Source of the DNA: Paraspadella gotoi
Taxonomy: Eukaryota > Animalia > Chaetognatha
Assembly (NCBI GenBank): GCA_051294375.1
Contig: CM119269.1
Location: forward strand, 17,927,026-17,991,025
Length of the DNA: 64,000 bases
Direction: 5' to 3'
The notes beneath the pieces are model-generated. The model saw nothing but the letters and a program-made list of their open reading frames with translations, did no database searches and was not told the DNA's origin. The position numbers and the translations under genes were made by a program. This document shows positions 1-12,961 of the stretch, one piece after another. How positions within the stretch are numbered: position 1 is the first letter of the stretch; each line of letters starts with the position of its first letter.

Positions 1-75
1 TCGCAACGCGGACCTACAAGTTGTAGGTGGCAATCGCAGCTGGAAAGTGGGTGGGGAAAGTTAGAGGGGAGGAGC

Positions 76-134
<59 letters not shown>

Positions 135-374
135 AGAGAGAGAAGAGAGAATTGAATTGAACGGGGCTTTGGGCAAATGGTGCCCCTAAAAGCTACATTC
201 AATTTACAAACGATATTCACAAGTTGAAAAGTAATTTAAAGATTAAACGAAAATCGGGTGAGTTTTTATCCTAAACAAAGTAAACCATGTTTCATGAAAT
301 CTTTCCAAGAGGCAGTGCAACAAAGTTCAAAACAAAGGAAAGAAAGAAAGAACAGAAAAGAGAGAGAGAGAGAG

Positions 375-436
<62 letters not shown>

Positions 437-601
437 CAGAAGAGAGAGAAGAGAGAGACTAGACAGTTCTTCTTTCTTCTTTCACGTCCTTAAAACCTTA
501 TATTATTTTTTTAAATCTCGTTCCCCCTCCTCCCGCCGCGCCCACTTTATGCCACTCACTCCACCTCACCCCCCCCCCCCTCAACCCCCCTCCACCCACA
601 G

Positions 602-3600
602 CCTTCGTAGATGCGCTGGCTCCACGGCGGGATCCTCGTCGTCGTCGTCTGTTCTGTCCCGGCGTCCGCCATCATCGTCGTCACCATCTTCGGAAATTCC
701 TTGGTCGCTCCTCTCCATTGCCTCCAACAAACAAATGCAGGACGGGTGACCAACGGTTGATTTTCGCTTCTTTGGCGGTCGCGGAACATCATGGTTTGCG
801 GATGCGTCATGCCGTTAGTGGGGGAGGGAGAGAGAGAGAGAGAGAGAGGAACGACGAAGAGAGCAAGAAGAGAGGAGAGAGAGACGAGATGGGAGGAGAG
901 AGGAGACGAGAGAAGAGAGAGAGCAGACGAGAGAAGAGAGAGAGAGGACAACACTCACGACCTACGTGACAGAAAATAGTCGATGCCACGAACAAACATC
1001 ATTCATTCTCGTTTCAACTTTCCATTACAGATTCTCTACAATCATTTGTCACCTTAAATACATTATAATTATTTTTCTAATTTTTTTCATTTTTTGCTCT
1101 GTTTTATTGCTTGAGAGTATGCGGTATGAGTACATAGTGTTGGTGATTAACATCGTTTTATGAGGAAAACGCATATTATTTTTATTTGAGCAATGTATTT
1201 CGGTTACCATAGTTCATTTGTTTTAAAGCCTGTTTGACTTTAACATATTCTTTTCATATATTTTTCTTGTCAAGGGGTTTTTCGTTCTTTAATTAAAAAA
1301 AACTTTAAAAAAAAAAAAAAAATCTTAAAAAATTTACTTTTTCGCCATATCGATTTTTATGTCATCCCCGACCGTGAAGACACCATTTTATCACAACGAT
1401 TCATCCTTCGCCCGCACCCCCCCCCAGTTTCTCTAATAATAGAATTCCCTTTTGATCTCCCGTCCCCTCCGCGCCCACTTCCCCCCCCCACGGCCCCCTC
1501 AATACCCCACAGCCTCTACGTGGAGATCAAGAGGGGCGTGTGGTCGTTGGGTCAGACTCTTTGCGACACGTACATCTTCGTGGACGTGTATTTTTGCACG
1601 GCGTCGATCCTCAACATCTGCGCGATCGCGCTCGATCGATTTTGGAAGATCAAGCACGATCAGAACTACGTCTACGCCCCGATCTTCAACCGGACGAGGG
1701 TCTGCAAGTTTATGGTGATGCTGGGTGAGTGAGAGAGATTGAGAGGGGCTGCGGCGGCGGCGGCGGCGGCGGTGGCTGCGGCGGCACGTAGTTTATAATA
1801 CTGGACCAGTGAGGGCTATAACGGATCTCACTGTCGCAGTGTCCAGTATAGTACTACTGCGGCGGCGGCGGCGGCGGCGGTTGGCGGCTGTTTTACTGAT
1901 TAGTTCCCTATTGCCCGATTGTCACGCGGTGAATGAATTCAAAAAACAAATAGAAAGCACCAGAAAGCCAAACAAATATCAATCATTCAATATAATCCAA
2001 CTCACCGCAAAAAAAAAAAANNNNNNNNNNNNNNNNNNNNNNNNNNNNNNNNNNNNNNNNNNNNNNNNNNNNNNNNNNNNNNNNNNNNNNNNNNNNNNNN
2101 NNNNNNNNNNNNNNNNNNNNNNNNNNNNNNNNNNGCCGGAAAAAAAAATACGAGTTGAGCCGCGACTAATGTCCGTTTGTGGCCACGGATTGCCTGTATT
2201 TGAACGGGACGCGGGGCAACTCATTAATCAGCTTTTATGGCCTTCGGAGCCTCGATGGCCGCCTCCGGCCATTGGTGCGGTTAAACCTGCGGCAGCTGCG
2301 TTTCACCTCACAACTGTTGTGATTGGCTGAGTGAACTTGAGGCGGTTTTTTTTGCAATCTCTTCACTTCAGCAAGTATATCACTATCTTGTTCATTTCAT
2401 TTATTGCGGATAAAGAGAGGGATCGTGTCTAATTACTAATTAATTAATTCGTCGTAAGACTCTACATACTCTTGACTTCACAAAACAATTATAAAATGGC
2501 CGCAATGTTTAATGAAAAAAGGCCAACTTGGAAAGAAGCCTTGGCTTCGCCTCGAGAAATACTAATGCGATTTATTAAGAGTCGGAACCGTGGCCTTGTA
2601 GGGGGGAGGAGGCTATGGCGGCGGGGGAGATGGCAAAAGAATGGCCGCGGAAACGGCGGCGGTGACAGCGGCGGAGCCGTTGTAGTGGCGGCGTCGGCGG
2701 CGTCGTAGTTTGACAAACCTGATTATCTCAGCAGGAAATTTGTTAAGGCGATTAGCATAGCAATACGCTTCTCGTGATTCTGTGATACTGATATGCAAAA
2801 ATGACTACACTACAAAGTTTTCACTGACTTTTATTCGTTCTTTCTTAGCTTGGATTCTTCCCGCTTTTGTGGCGATGGCGCCATTGCTTGGTTGGCACGA
2901 GGAAAACGTACCGGAAGCTTGCATGCTTAGTCAAGACAAAGGTTAAATGAAATTGAATGTCTCCTATATGTATTTTATTTTCCTCGGTTGTTTACAACTA
3001 CACCCCAATATTCTCTTCTCTTCTCTTCTCTTCTCTTCTCTTCTCTTCTATTCTCTTTTCTTCTCTTCTCTTCTCATCTCTTCTCCTTTTCGCATCTCAC
3101 CTCATCTTCAAATGAAATTCCCCTTTTCCAACACTATCACCGCTAATTAAAAAGTATTAAAAATATTAAAATCAAGTAGAATTCGAATAGTAGATCATTG
3201 ATATATATAACATTTTTTAAAAAATTACACAATTTTCGCATTACGCCCATATTTATGCATAGTACTTACCATTTAGCAAAATGTTAAGTTTTTAAAACGA
3301 TTTTTATTATTTTTTAAAGGATTCGAATTCCTCACGAAAAATAAATATAACTCTTTTTAAAAAATCATTTCATTAAGAGGGTCAAAATCCTAAAAAACTG
3401 TTATAGTTAACCTATAATTAAATTTTAGTATAAGAAATATAGTTTTTTAATTTTTAGCTAACTTAATGAAATAATTTTTAATTAAGACTTATATTTTCTT
3501 CTATCAACTTTTTATGAGGAATTCGAATCTGCGTTCAAAACGGAAAAAAAAAAACTATTTTAAAATTTTGACATTTTCTATGCTAAATACTAAATACTAA

Positions 3601-5443
3601 ATACTATGGGCGTATGCGAAAATTGCGAAATTTAAAAAATATATATATATCATGGTTCGTTAGTATAAGACTGTTTATGAACAACTATTCGAATTTTGAT
3701 CTGCAACTTTCACTACGCCTTACTGCTCATCTCCTCAAACGATGCCTCGACAGAATCTCATCTCGACGGCGCATTGTATTTCTTCTTCCCTGCCCGTGCC
3801 CCCCCCCTCCACGCAGGCTACACCATCTTCTCCACCTTCACTGCTTTCTACATCCCGATGATCCTCATACTCTTCGTTTATTGTCAAATTTTTCGCGTCG
3901 TCAAACAAAAGCAAAACGCGATGAAGCGAATGAGGTACGAGATTACTTGAAAATTGCGAATTAATAACTAATAATTAATAACTAACTTAAGATTTTTATA
4001 TTTTATAATGGGGAGGGGGGATGTTAGAGTTGTTTTCTGGAAAAAAAGGGAGGATCTAGTGGAGATCATGATTATTATTATTAGGAGAAGAAAATAAAAT
4101 CTCGCGGCCAAATTCTTTAAAAAGAAATTGTTTTTAAATTAAAATTGGTCAAACGCCGGTTGCAAAACATTATTTGGGAGTATTTTTAGAATTATTTTCT
4201 TTACAAACATAAACCAAAGTTTTTTCTCTCTCTCGCCTTGTAAAAATGATTGCCACTTCGTGCTATTAGCCAATTCTATTCCATTTCGCCATTTTTATCT
4301 CGACCAAACTATCTAATAGATAGTATCTATCTATACTTTACTTACAACCCAAGGTTACTATACTTTCTATGTTGGATTTTTTATTAGACATTCCACATCG
4401 TTCTTGTTAGGGTGTCATTTTGTTTATAAAAGGCCAAACAGAAAATGGGTGGAAGGGATAATTTTGAGATTATGATTAGATACGATAGGCTATTATTATT
4501 GGAAATTTATTACCAAACTTCTCAAACGTATCATCATGATTTAAAATCTCATGTCGTATACTCCCATCACAGGGCGGCGAATCTCAAAATGAAAGGATTG
4601 GAGAGTCACCACCGCGCGCTCGTTCCGGTCGAAAGTCAGACTCAGGTAAATGTGACGTCTTGGGAATCGAGTTAGGGGCGGTAAGGTCAGTCTAAGATTA
4701 GATTGAGATGATCAGCCTCGATTTGTTAGTTGAATGAAAATTTTAGACTGTATATATCAAGGGTAGTGTCGCTTACTGAGTCCTTGCCCTGAAGTCAAAG
4801 GTCGATGCTTTAATTTTGGTGTGAGAAAAATTGGACCTTTAATTTAAAAATTAAAACATTAAAAAAAAAAACTGCTCCCAGACAATTAACCAAGAATATT
4901 TTACCCCTCTAATCAGTGCGACTACAAAGCCGCTCACCTGACGACCGAGAACACGGCCAGCGTTTCTGTCAGCCCAACAGCTTCCGGATGCGGTAAGCGT
5001 GTCATTGCCGCTGCTCTACCAGGCTGTTGCTGTCTCTCGATGCATCGCAGCGTCCTGAGGCGACTAAGTAATTTAATCAATTAACAAAAAAAAACTTTTG
5101 TTTGGGTTTAGTTAAATTACCGAAGCGCGATTCGCCGAAAGCGACGAAACTGAAACAGACACACAAGTCGGTGAGTCGTAGACTGTAACGTGACTGAGGC
5201 GACAGTTGTGTGACAACTTACATAATCCATATATTGGTTGTACCATTTTCATAAAAAACTTTCTCACAAGAAATCGTTCAGATGAGCAAATGTAAACGTG
5301 TTGAAATTTGATGTAATATGACGTGATGTGATATCAGCTGATATGATGAGAAAAAAAAAAGTCTTCTGACAAGGATAAAAAATGTTAGATACTTGTTCTC
5401 ACTCTGTTTCAATCTTGCTCCAAGCACCGCTCTTTTTACCCTT

Positions 5444-5541
<98 letters not shown>

Positions 5542-7054
5542 CTTTGTCGCTCTCACTAACTTTTAATTTCACGGTTAAATCACAAATTTAATTCGGCCCC
5601 CGAACAAAAAAAGCTTAATTTCCTTCGAAAGATCTCTCCCAATTTACGGTTCTACGGTTTCGTATCTCATTATCTTTTACCACCCTAAATCCCGCCACCC
5701 TCCAACCACTCCATCCATATCCTCCACAGTACCACAAGCGGTCTCGACGATCCACTCGGATCCTCGGCCTCGTCATCGGCACCTTCACCCTTTGCTGGCT
5801 TCCGTTCTTCATCAACGCTCTGGTCCGTGAATAGGGCGTCCTCGATTTTTACATTTATCATGATGATTTACAATAATGAATATTGAGGAAGGAATATTGA
5901 ATGATAGATAATGGATAATTTCAATATAAACCAAAAAAGATAATACGAAAAAAAAAACGACAAGAAAAAGAAGTAGCAGTGACGATAAAATAATTATTAA
6001 TTAATTGAAATGATATTGGGTAATTATTATAATCAATCCACGAAACTGAAAAAAAAAATTTACTTGTCGGTCCCCGTCAAAAACCGGTCCTCTCAAAAAT
6101 TTCATATTTATGGATTCATAGATAAAAGAAATCTTTGCCTTGGAAGGCATGTGGGGTTTTATGAGTAGGCGTTTTGAGTCTCAACATTATTATTTTTCAA
6201 CTAATCTCCGAGAAAGACGTTTGAGAGAATTATTTCCCTGAGGATTGTAGTATTCTCAGCAATTCGAATATAACTTGGAAAGGAAAGGGGTTGTAATATA
6301 AGACCACCAAAAAAAAATATATATTGTATTGTATATATATTGTATATATATTGTATTTTGATGCTAGTGCGGAGTACAATAAGTATTCCCCGATCTAATA
6401 CTTAAGGGAGTGGTCTTTTCATACATTTGAAACATTCTTTGAAATATTATACCACTTCATTGATAGGGAAGCCAGGTACTCTGGGAGTGAATAAACGGGA
6501 CTGTGAGAGAGTCTTGATTGAAAGCTTGCAGGGACCTGCAATGTAATTATCTTGTAAGAGTGATGGAGGCCTTGAACCACCAAGGCCTGTCCAAAGTCAG
6601 GGGCAAGATAGCTTATTTATTAAATGAATGGATAATTTTTATATTGGTTGTACCAATTTCATATATATAGAGTGAAAAAAAATATAAAAACAATAATTCT
6701 GTGAAACAAAAGGATTTGAATAGCTCTACGCAGTATTAGGCAGTGTAACTTTTGAAAGGATACCACAAAAAATGATGTATATCTTTGATATTTGAAAAAA
6801 AAACCAAGTTTTTCACTCCCATTCTAATTTCTATTGAGATCCCATTAAAAGATGCAATGTTTATTCGACCAACCCTTTCCTACATCCTCTGCTAGGTGAA
6901 ACCCTTTGTGTCCTCCTACGCCCTTCCCCCTTCCTTCGCCTCTCTCTTCCTCTGGCTCGGATACTTCAACTCAACCCTCAACCCGCTCATCTACGCCGCT
7001 TGTCACGACGAACTGAGGAACAACTTTTGCCGACTTTTACGGTGCCGGTGCTGA
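602..7054 (+). CDS. Biogenic-amine (5-HT1-like serotonin) class A GPCR, multi-exon; N-terminal exon not identified
   Basis: Exons about 602-818 (TM1 IFGNSLV, TM2 SLAVA(D)..VMP; contains indel errors), 1513-1724 ([29 protein letters not shown], with D3.32), 2849-2941 (AWILPAF..LLGW..CMLSQDK), 3817-3934 ([14 protein letters not shown]), 4573-4645, 4917-4992, 5112-5170 (ICL3), 5730-5822 ([13 protein letters not shown]), 6896-7054 ([17 protein letters not shown]). All GT-AG with compatible phases from 1513 on. Confidence 0.9.
3200..3648. mobile_element. Foldback/MITE-like element in GPCR intron
   Basis: Long imperfect inverted arms: caattttcgcattacgcccata / tatgggcgtatgcgaaaattg and gattcgaattcctca / tgaggaattcgaatc; flanked by TA repeats; non-coding. 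Confidence 0.55.
6352..6663 (+). mobile_element. Dispersed repeat R1, probable Penelope-like (GIY-YIG 3' end) relic
   Basis: Near-identical reverse copy at 28864-29178 and further copies; translates (with frameshift) to [22 protein letters not shown]....SCKSDGGL, resembling the C-terminal part of PLE GIY-YIG endonucleases. Confidence 0.55.
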
Positions 7055-7967
7055 GGGGGGGAAGGTGCCGGTGCTGAGGGGTTGCCGGTTCAGAGAAGGG
7101 GGAAGGGAGAGGGAAAAGGGCGGGAAAGAAAGATTTTTTTTTTTTTCATCAATCAGGTATTTTGGCTGAAGATTAAAAGGAGTCCCCTCCGGAAAAAAAG
7201 AGGTGTGCCAATTTTTTTTACGATATTTAATAGGGTGCTAAATGTTTTTTTTTAATATTTAATAAATTCGTGTACTGATAAGAATTCCATCGTTTTTTTC
7301 ATTTAGCTGGTTTCCAAATATAAGTTTTTCTACAATTACAACGGAATTTTTAATAATATTTTTAACGTGCAAGCTTGATGATGACAAAAAATATATGGAA
7401 GAAAGTTTAAACTTAAAACTGTTTATGAATATCGAACCTTAATCGTGATTACTCGCTACAATAAAGCCAAGACTTATTCTTTAATTATGCTCTAAAGCTC
7501 TTACAATGTTATTAAAATTATTTATCAGCAAGCTCGCCACTTAAATGAAGCATAAGTGAGGTGACGAAATCTTTCTTTTTTAACGATTTTTGACGACTTG
7601 TGATTCGATAGTTATCCTTGTTCGTTGTTGAAACAAAAATAATTTTCGCTGGGGTCGTATGATATAAAAATTACTACCCTGTAGAAATAAATATTTCTCC
7701 GGATTTGTTTTCATATCACTTTGGAATAACATATGCTCATACATTCATATCATTATCATGTTTTAATATTTCTTTACAGTACAAATCTTTTACGGTTTAA
7801 CTGTTTTTTAATCGCAGTTTATTACAATGTTTCTGCGTAAATCAAATTGAAACCCATATTTTGTTTATTCAATGTGATTGTTTTGGTGAATAAATTTGGG
7901 TCCAAACAACTGTTGACTTAATACGTAAAATCAGCGTTAACAGAAAAAAATGACGAAAGATGCATAG

Positions 7968-10263
7968 GACACAATGAAAAATAACGTGGCGTTACTGTCT
8001 CGTGCTGATTTTGTCCCTTTAAAATTGTTTCTGAACCAAATTAATTGATTATTACTTTTGCGTAAATTATGTACGAATATACACTAGCTGGGCATTACTG
8101 TGTGCTGATCCATAACCCTTGACATTCAACAAAAAAGCTAACTAGATCAAAAACTACGTAAAAAAGATGTAAGCGCAATATAGCTCGAAACGCTTACAAA
8201 ATTTTAGACCATTGCTTTTATAAATGCAAAAAAAATATTAATATTATCGTAACAACAAAACTTTAACTGACTATACTTTAATAGTTACCGAGACTAAGAT
8301 GCAATTTTTTACCCACTACATTTCCTCAATATTATATGAATCCATATGTTTGTAATTAGTCAATAATCTAAATAACAATATGACAATTTCATTTTCAATT
8401 TTTTTTATGAATGAAGTTTTCCTCTGCTTATCCCCTTGTGCTCTTAATTATCTAATATTTATTAGAGTTATTTCCAAACACCTTATATAATTACTATATA
8501 TTCTTTTCTTTTTTTTTCAATTCTTCAAACAAAAACAACATCATAAAAACATTTTAAATTAATAAAAATCATTGACTTGAATGATTTTGGCAAAAAATAT
8601 ATTTCTGAAACTCTTGAGAATACATGCGATTTCGACGTATCAGGAAAAAAATTTGCAATTCTAAATAAAATCATCAGCCTCTAGTTTTCAATTTTTCTAG
8701 AGGCTGATTTTTTTATTTATTTTGATATTTTGATTTTCTATGCAAAACCATTATTCTCAATGAGCAAGGTTGGGGGAAATTTTTTGTTCCAACAATTTGA
8801 AAGCAAGAAAATTTCAACTTTTTTAATTAGGCTTTTTTTGGGAAATAAATAAATCAATTCATCTATACGATGAGTACATCGGAAAGCTGATACTATCTCT
8901 AATGACAAAAAACAATTTTCTTCAAGTTTCTATTTTTAAAAATTTAAGTATGTGTATCAATAGAATAATGATGATACTTCTGCTTGCCAAATTTTATTTA
9001 ACAATAGATTTGTTACTGCGTAGTTTGAAAAAAGTTATTTTTTAAATAACTTTTGAAAGAAAAAGCTAGCAAGATGGTGTGGTATCAAATTAAAGCCTAA
9101 TCATGGCGACACCTTCTAAAAAAGTTTTATTAAATTTAAATCCAAAATTTTACACAGCTTTTGTTTTAAATCAGAGTTAAAAGTATATAAAGTTTTTGCT
9201 TTAGAAAATTTCAATGAAGGCATATGAAATTTTTTTATTTTTTCTTTTGTAATTTGAAAAAAGGAAAAGACTGAATTACATTTTGATTATTATTAAATTT
9301 TTTTTATTCATAAAACTGCTTATATTTTTAAGTTAAAGTAAAAAAACAGAGCAAAATTTATGTTGTAAGCTTGACAAAATGTTTTTTTAAAATCAAAATG
9401 ATAAATACAAAAATGTTTCAGCTTTATATATAACAGTCTGGACATCTAACCTTCTTGTCTGTAAAAAAAAAATCGGTATTTTTTCATTATCTTTAACTTG
9501 CAAACTAAAAGCTTTGACACACAGCTTGTTTATCATAATAAAGTTTTAAAAAATTATATAACTGGCAATATATTTGACAAAGCAAGACATCATTGTGTTA
9601 AATTGTATCATTAATTTTCTTTTAAATATAGCAAGGAATTTAATTCTATTAATTTATCATCCATTTTAATTAATAAAAAATTATTTCTCGTAATAGCCCA
9701 TTACGAAAGGGTTCATTTGACTGACTTAATGATCGAATTTTTTAGATATCTTTTACTTGCCCCCATTTCACAGATATAAAAGGTCATGGTTATCAAGTCA
9801 GTAAGTCCAGATTATCTGTACCCTTTATACAACCTGCATTCTGAATTTTCTTTTTTTCCCTTTCAAATGTATTAAATAAAAAAAATTATTTGTTGAGAAC
9901 AAATCGGCATGGAGGATGCCATTGGTAAGCCTTAGTTACCCCACTTCCTGATCGAATTTTTAAATGAGGGTTTTTTTTCCATCTATTTGAGACATAACAC
10001 TAACTATGGTACTATTATTTTTTTTTATTTTTTTCTATTACAATTCTAGAATAAAATATGAATAAGTAACTTTTTTAAAAAAATTTATCATCTTTCACCC
10101 TATATTCGGTCATATCTAAAAAACAAAAAGATTTTGCATTGATATTTTGGATATCGACATATGAAACTATAATGTTTCAAAAAATAAAAAGAAATATAAT
10201 AATATTGAACAGTGAATTTTTTTATGCACGGAACAGTAACGCCACGTTATTTTTCATTGTGTC
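7968..10263. mobile_element. Non-autonomous TIR DNA transposon (2.3 kb)
   Basis: Perfect 31-bp TIRs GACACAATGAAAAATAACGTGGCGTTACTGT (7968-7998 / 10233-10263), 4-bp TSD ATAG on both sides; AT-rich interior with no long ORF. Confidence 0.85.
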
Positions 10264-11029
10264 ATAGATAATTTGGGATTCATTTCGGTTTTGCTGTCAG
10301 ATAGGCTGATGCACTAACAACATCAATATCAGAACGCTTTAATCTAACTGCCTGGATTTTTTTATAGAACGCACTTTAAATGTTACTTTATACTGACTAA
10401 ATATTAATTAATTAGTTAATTAATTAACTTAACATACATTAATCTTGTCATCCATAGATACAGAATCTTTTGTTTAAGTCATAGGAAGTATGAACAAAGA
10501 AAGTTCTATTCTTCAATAAACAAAAAGTTATTGACAAAAGACAAAGCGTCCAGTATAGACGTTTTCGTAACAAATGTTACTCATAATCGAAAAATGAAGC
10601 TGGTTTGTAGAAAAAAAATGAAAGCGTCTATTTTATTGAAAGGTAGTAAATTTTAAGTTCGAAAAAGAACCTGTTATTTGAGTTCATCCGGATCGGTGAG
10701 AGTCAAAGTCAAAGTAAGATATTATGTGTTTTATATAATACTTATTTCGTATTGAGCATTCACTTTTGCATATTTTAAGATACGGCCGAAGTAAACATTG
10801 GTTTTGTTTCATTTTCATTGTTATTTTTATTTTAATCTTGTTTTTGATATTAATAAAGAAAAATAATATGACGTCATGACGTGCTTTTAAAAGAAAAAGG
10901 CTTCTCCGTCTTTGTTTAGCAGTTTCTCAAAATGATTCTACCATGACTAAATACTGTTATGGGTCATCTTTTCCGATTGTACTCTATTTCAGCTTAATTG
11001 TAAAATAGGTTTGTTTCTAGTTTTATCAT

Positions 11030-11205
11030 TTTTTAAGGGTTAAGGATGGAGTTAAGGTTAGCTATTTGGTTATATTTTTGGCTAAGAATTAGGTTAATGG
11101 TTACGGATTGAAATTTGGGATTAGGTTTAGGTTTTAGATTAGGGTTAGAGATTAGAGATTAAGCATCTGGAATAAGATTAGGGTTTAAATTTAGTTCAAG
11201 GATTA
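11030..11205 (+). repeat. Degenerate (TTAGGG)-like hexamer tract
   Basis: Repeated ggtta/ttaggg-like units; similar tract at about 12600-12850. Confidence 0.6.
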
Positions 11206-11631
11206 AAAACAGAAAAATAGTCGCTTGTTTCGACCTGGTTGACTGTCGAAACATTAGGTTCCTTCCTGTGGATCGATTAGTGAAGCCACCTTTTTTCCCT
11301 GCAAAAAGAGAAAATGTTCTATCCATCCCGATATGCCAGAGTGATCGTGATGCTATCATAAATCATTGATTAATAGCTAAAGATTGTTAGAAAATTTCAC
11401 ATCTAATTCCTAATGCGATCCCACTAAAAACAGTTGGTTCTATTGTTTCTATTCTTGCTCTGTATGTTTTTTTTGTTTTCATCAATGCCATAACTGGTTT
11501 CTAACCATGATGATTTTTTCGTCACCTTTGACAAGCAAATCCTTTCATTTTTCTTTTTCTTCTTCCTATTGTTCATTGTCTCCTCAATTTTCTTCTTTCG
11601 TTCCTCCTTTTTTTCTTTCCTCGACGAAAGA

Positions 11632-11637
11632 TATAAA
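11632..11637 (+). promoter_or_regulatory. TATA box of Cys-rich pentraxin gene A
   Basis: TATAAA about 170 bp upstream of ATG 11803; paralog B has TATAAAA at a comparable position. Confidence 0.55.
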
Positions 11638-11802
11638 TACCGATCGGGTCTGCGCCATTCCCAAACTCTCAATCTAATTCAATATCTCTCTCTCCTTAGG
11701 AAAGTCTCTGAATCAAATTCTCTCTCTCTCTCTCTCTCTCTATCTCGCTCCACTCTGCGTCGAAGCTACCCTCGAATTTTTTACTATACCCCCTGAGTCA
11801 AG

Positions 11803-12898
11803 ATGGAACTCAAGGGCCTTCTACTTTTAGTTTTCGTGGTGACGTTGGCTGAAGCCTCTTACATCCGGGGTGAGCGTGACAATAACTTTTTGTGCGTCTA
11901 GTATGTGGCGCAATGCTGATTTAAACCGACAAAGATTGCCTTAAAATTTTTTCCAAAATACTGGCTTTTAAGTAAACTAAAAATGTTTAAAAAATCTCTT
12001 GTCTCTTTCCGGTGACTTTATTCATACTAGGTATATATATATATATATATATATCGTTATATGTTTTCATACATATAACGATAAAAATTCGTTTCTCATA
12101 ATTACCTCCTTTTCCCTTTGCTATTATCATTCAGCTATAAGTTTTTTTCCATATTGACAGATTTGAATAATCAGCTGAGACGCGTTTCTCAAAGGGGAGA
12201 GCTCAAGACTCTCGACCAATTTCTACGCGAGAATCCGGATGTGGTGAGATATTAAAATTCTTTCTAATATCGACTTTCTTTTCAGCTAAGATTTTTTTTT
12301 TTTTGGTAAATGTGAAAAAATAATTGCCGACATTTTTCTTGGACAGGATCGAGTTAAACCAATTAATTTTCGAGAATTTTGACACTATTTTTTTTTCCCA
12401 ACACCCGTTTTGCGTTTCAGCGTCACATCAGTCTATCGAAGCGCAAATCAGTGTAAGTAACAATTTCTCTTCAGATTAATTAGTTTCATTTATTAAACTT
12501 ATGCAATACTGCTTATTCGTTTTCACTCAGAATTATAAGACCAAAGACGTTTTGTGGAAACCTTTCGGCCTCATATTCCCAGAACGCGCATTTCATCTTA
12601 AATTTAGAATTAGATTTTTGTTTTAGTCAAAGATTAAGGCTAAGGTTAAGGATCAGATTTGGAATTAGGTTAGAGATCAAAGTCAGTGATTTGGTTAGTA
12701 ATTAGGGTTAGGGATTTGGGTTGAGACTAGTGTATAGTGTATTAGGGTTCAGGATTAGGTTAGTGGTAAGGATTAGGGTTGGGGATTATGGTAAGAGATT
12801 GGGTTGTAGATTTAAATATATTTCTCGATTAAATATTAATGTTAAAATTAAATTCTGGGATAAACCAACAAAAATTGTGCATTCTCGTAAAAGAGAAC

Positions 12899-12961
<63 letters not shown>

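Noticed and set aside
11030-12850. Telomere or true interstitial telomeric array
   Set aside because: Highly degenerate and short; more likely repeat-internal low-complexity sequence.
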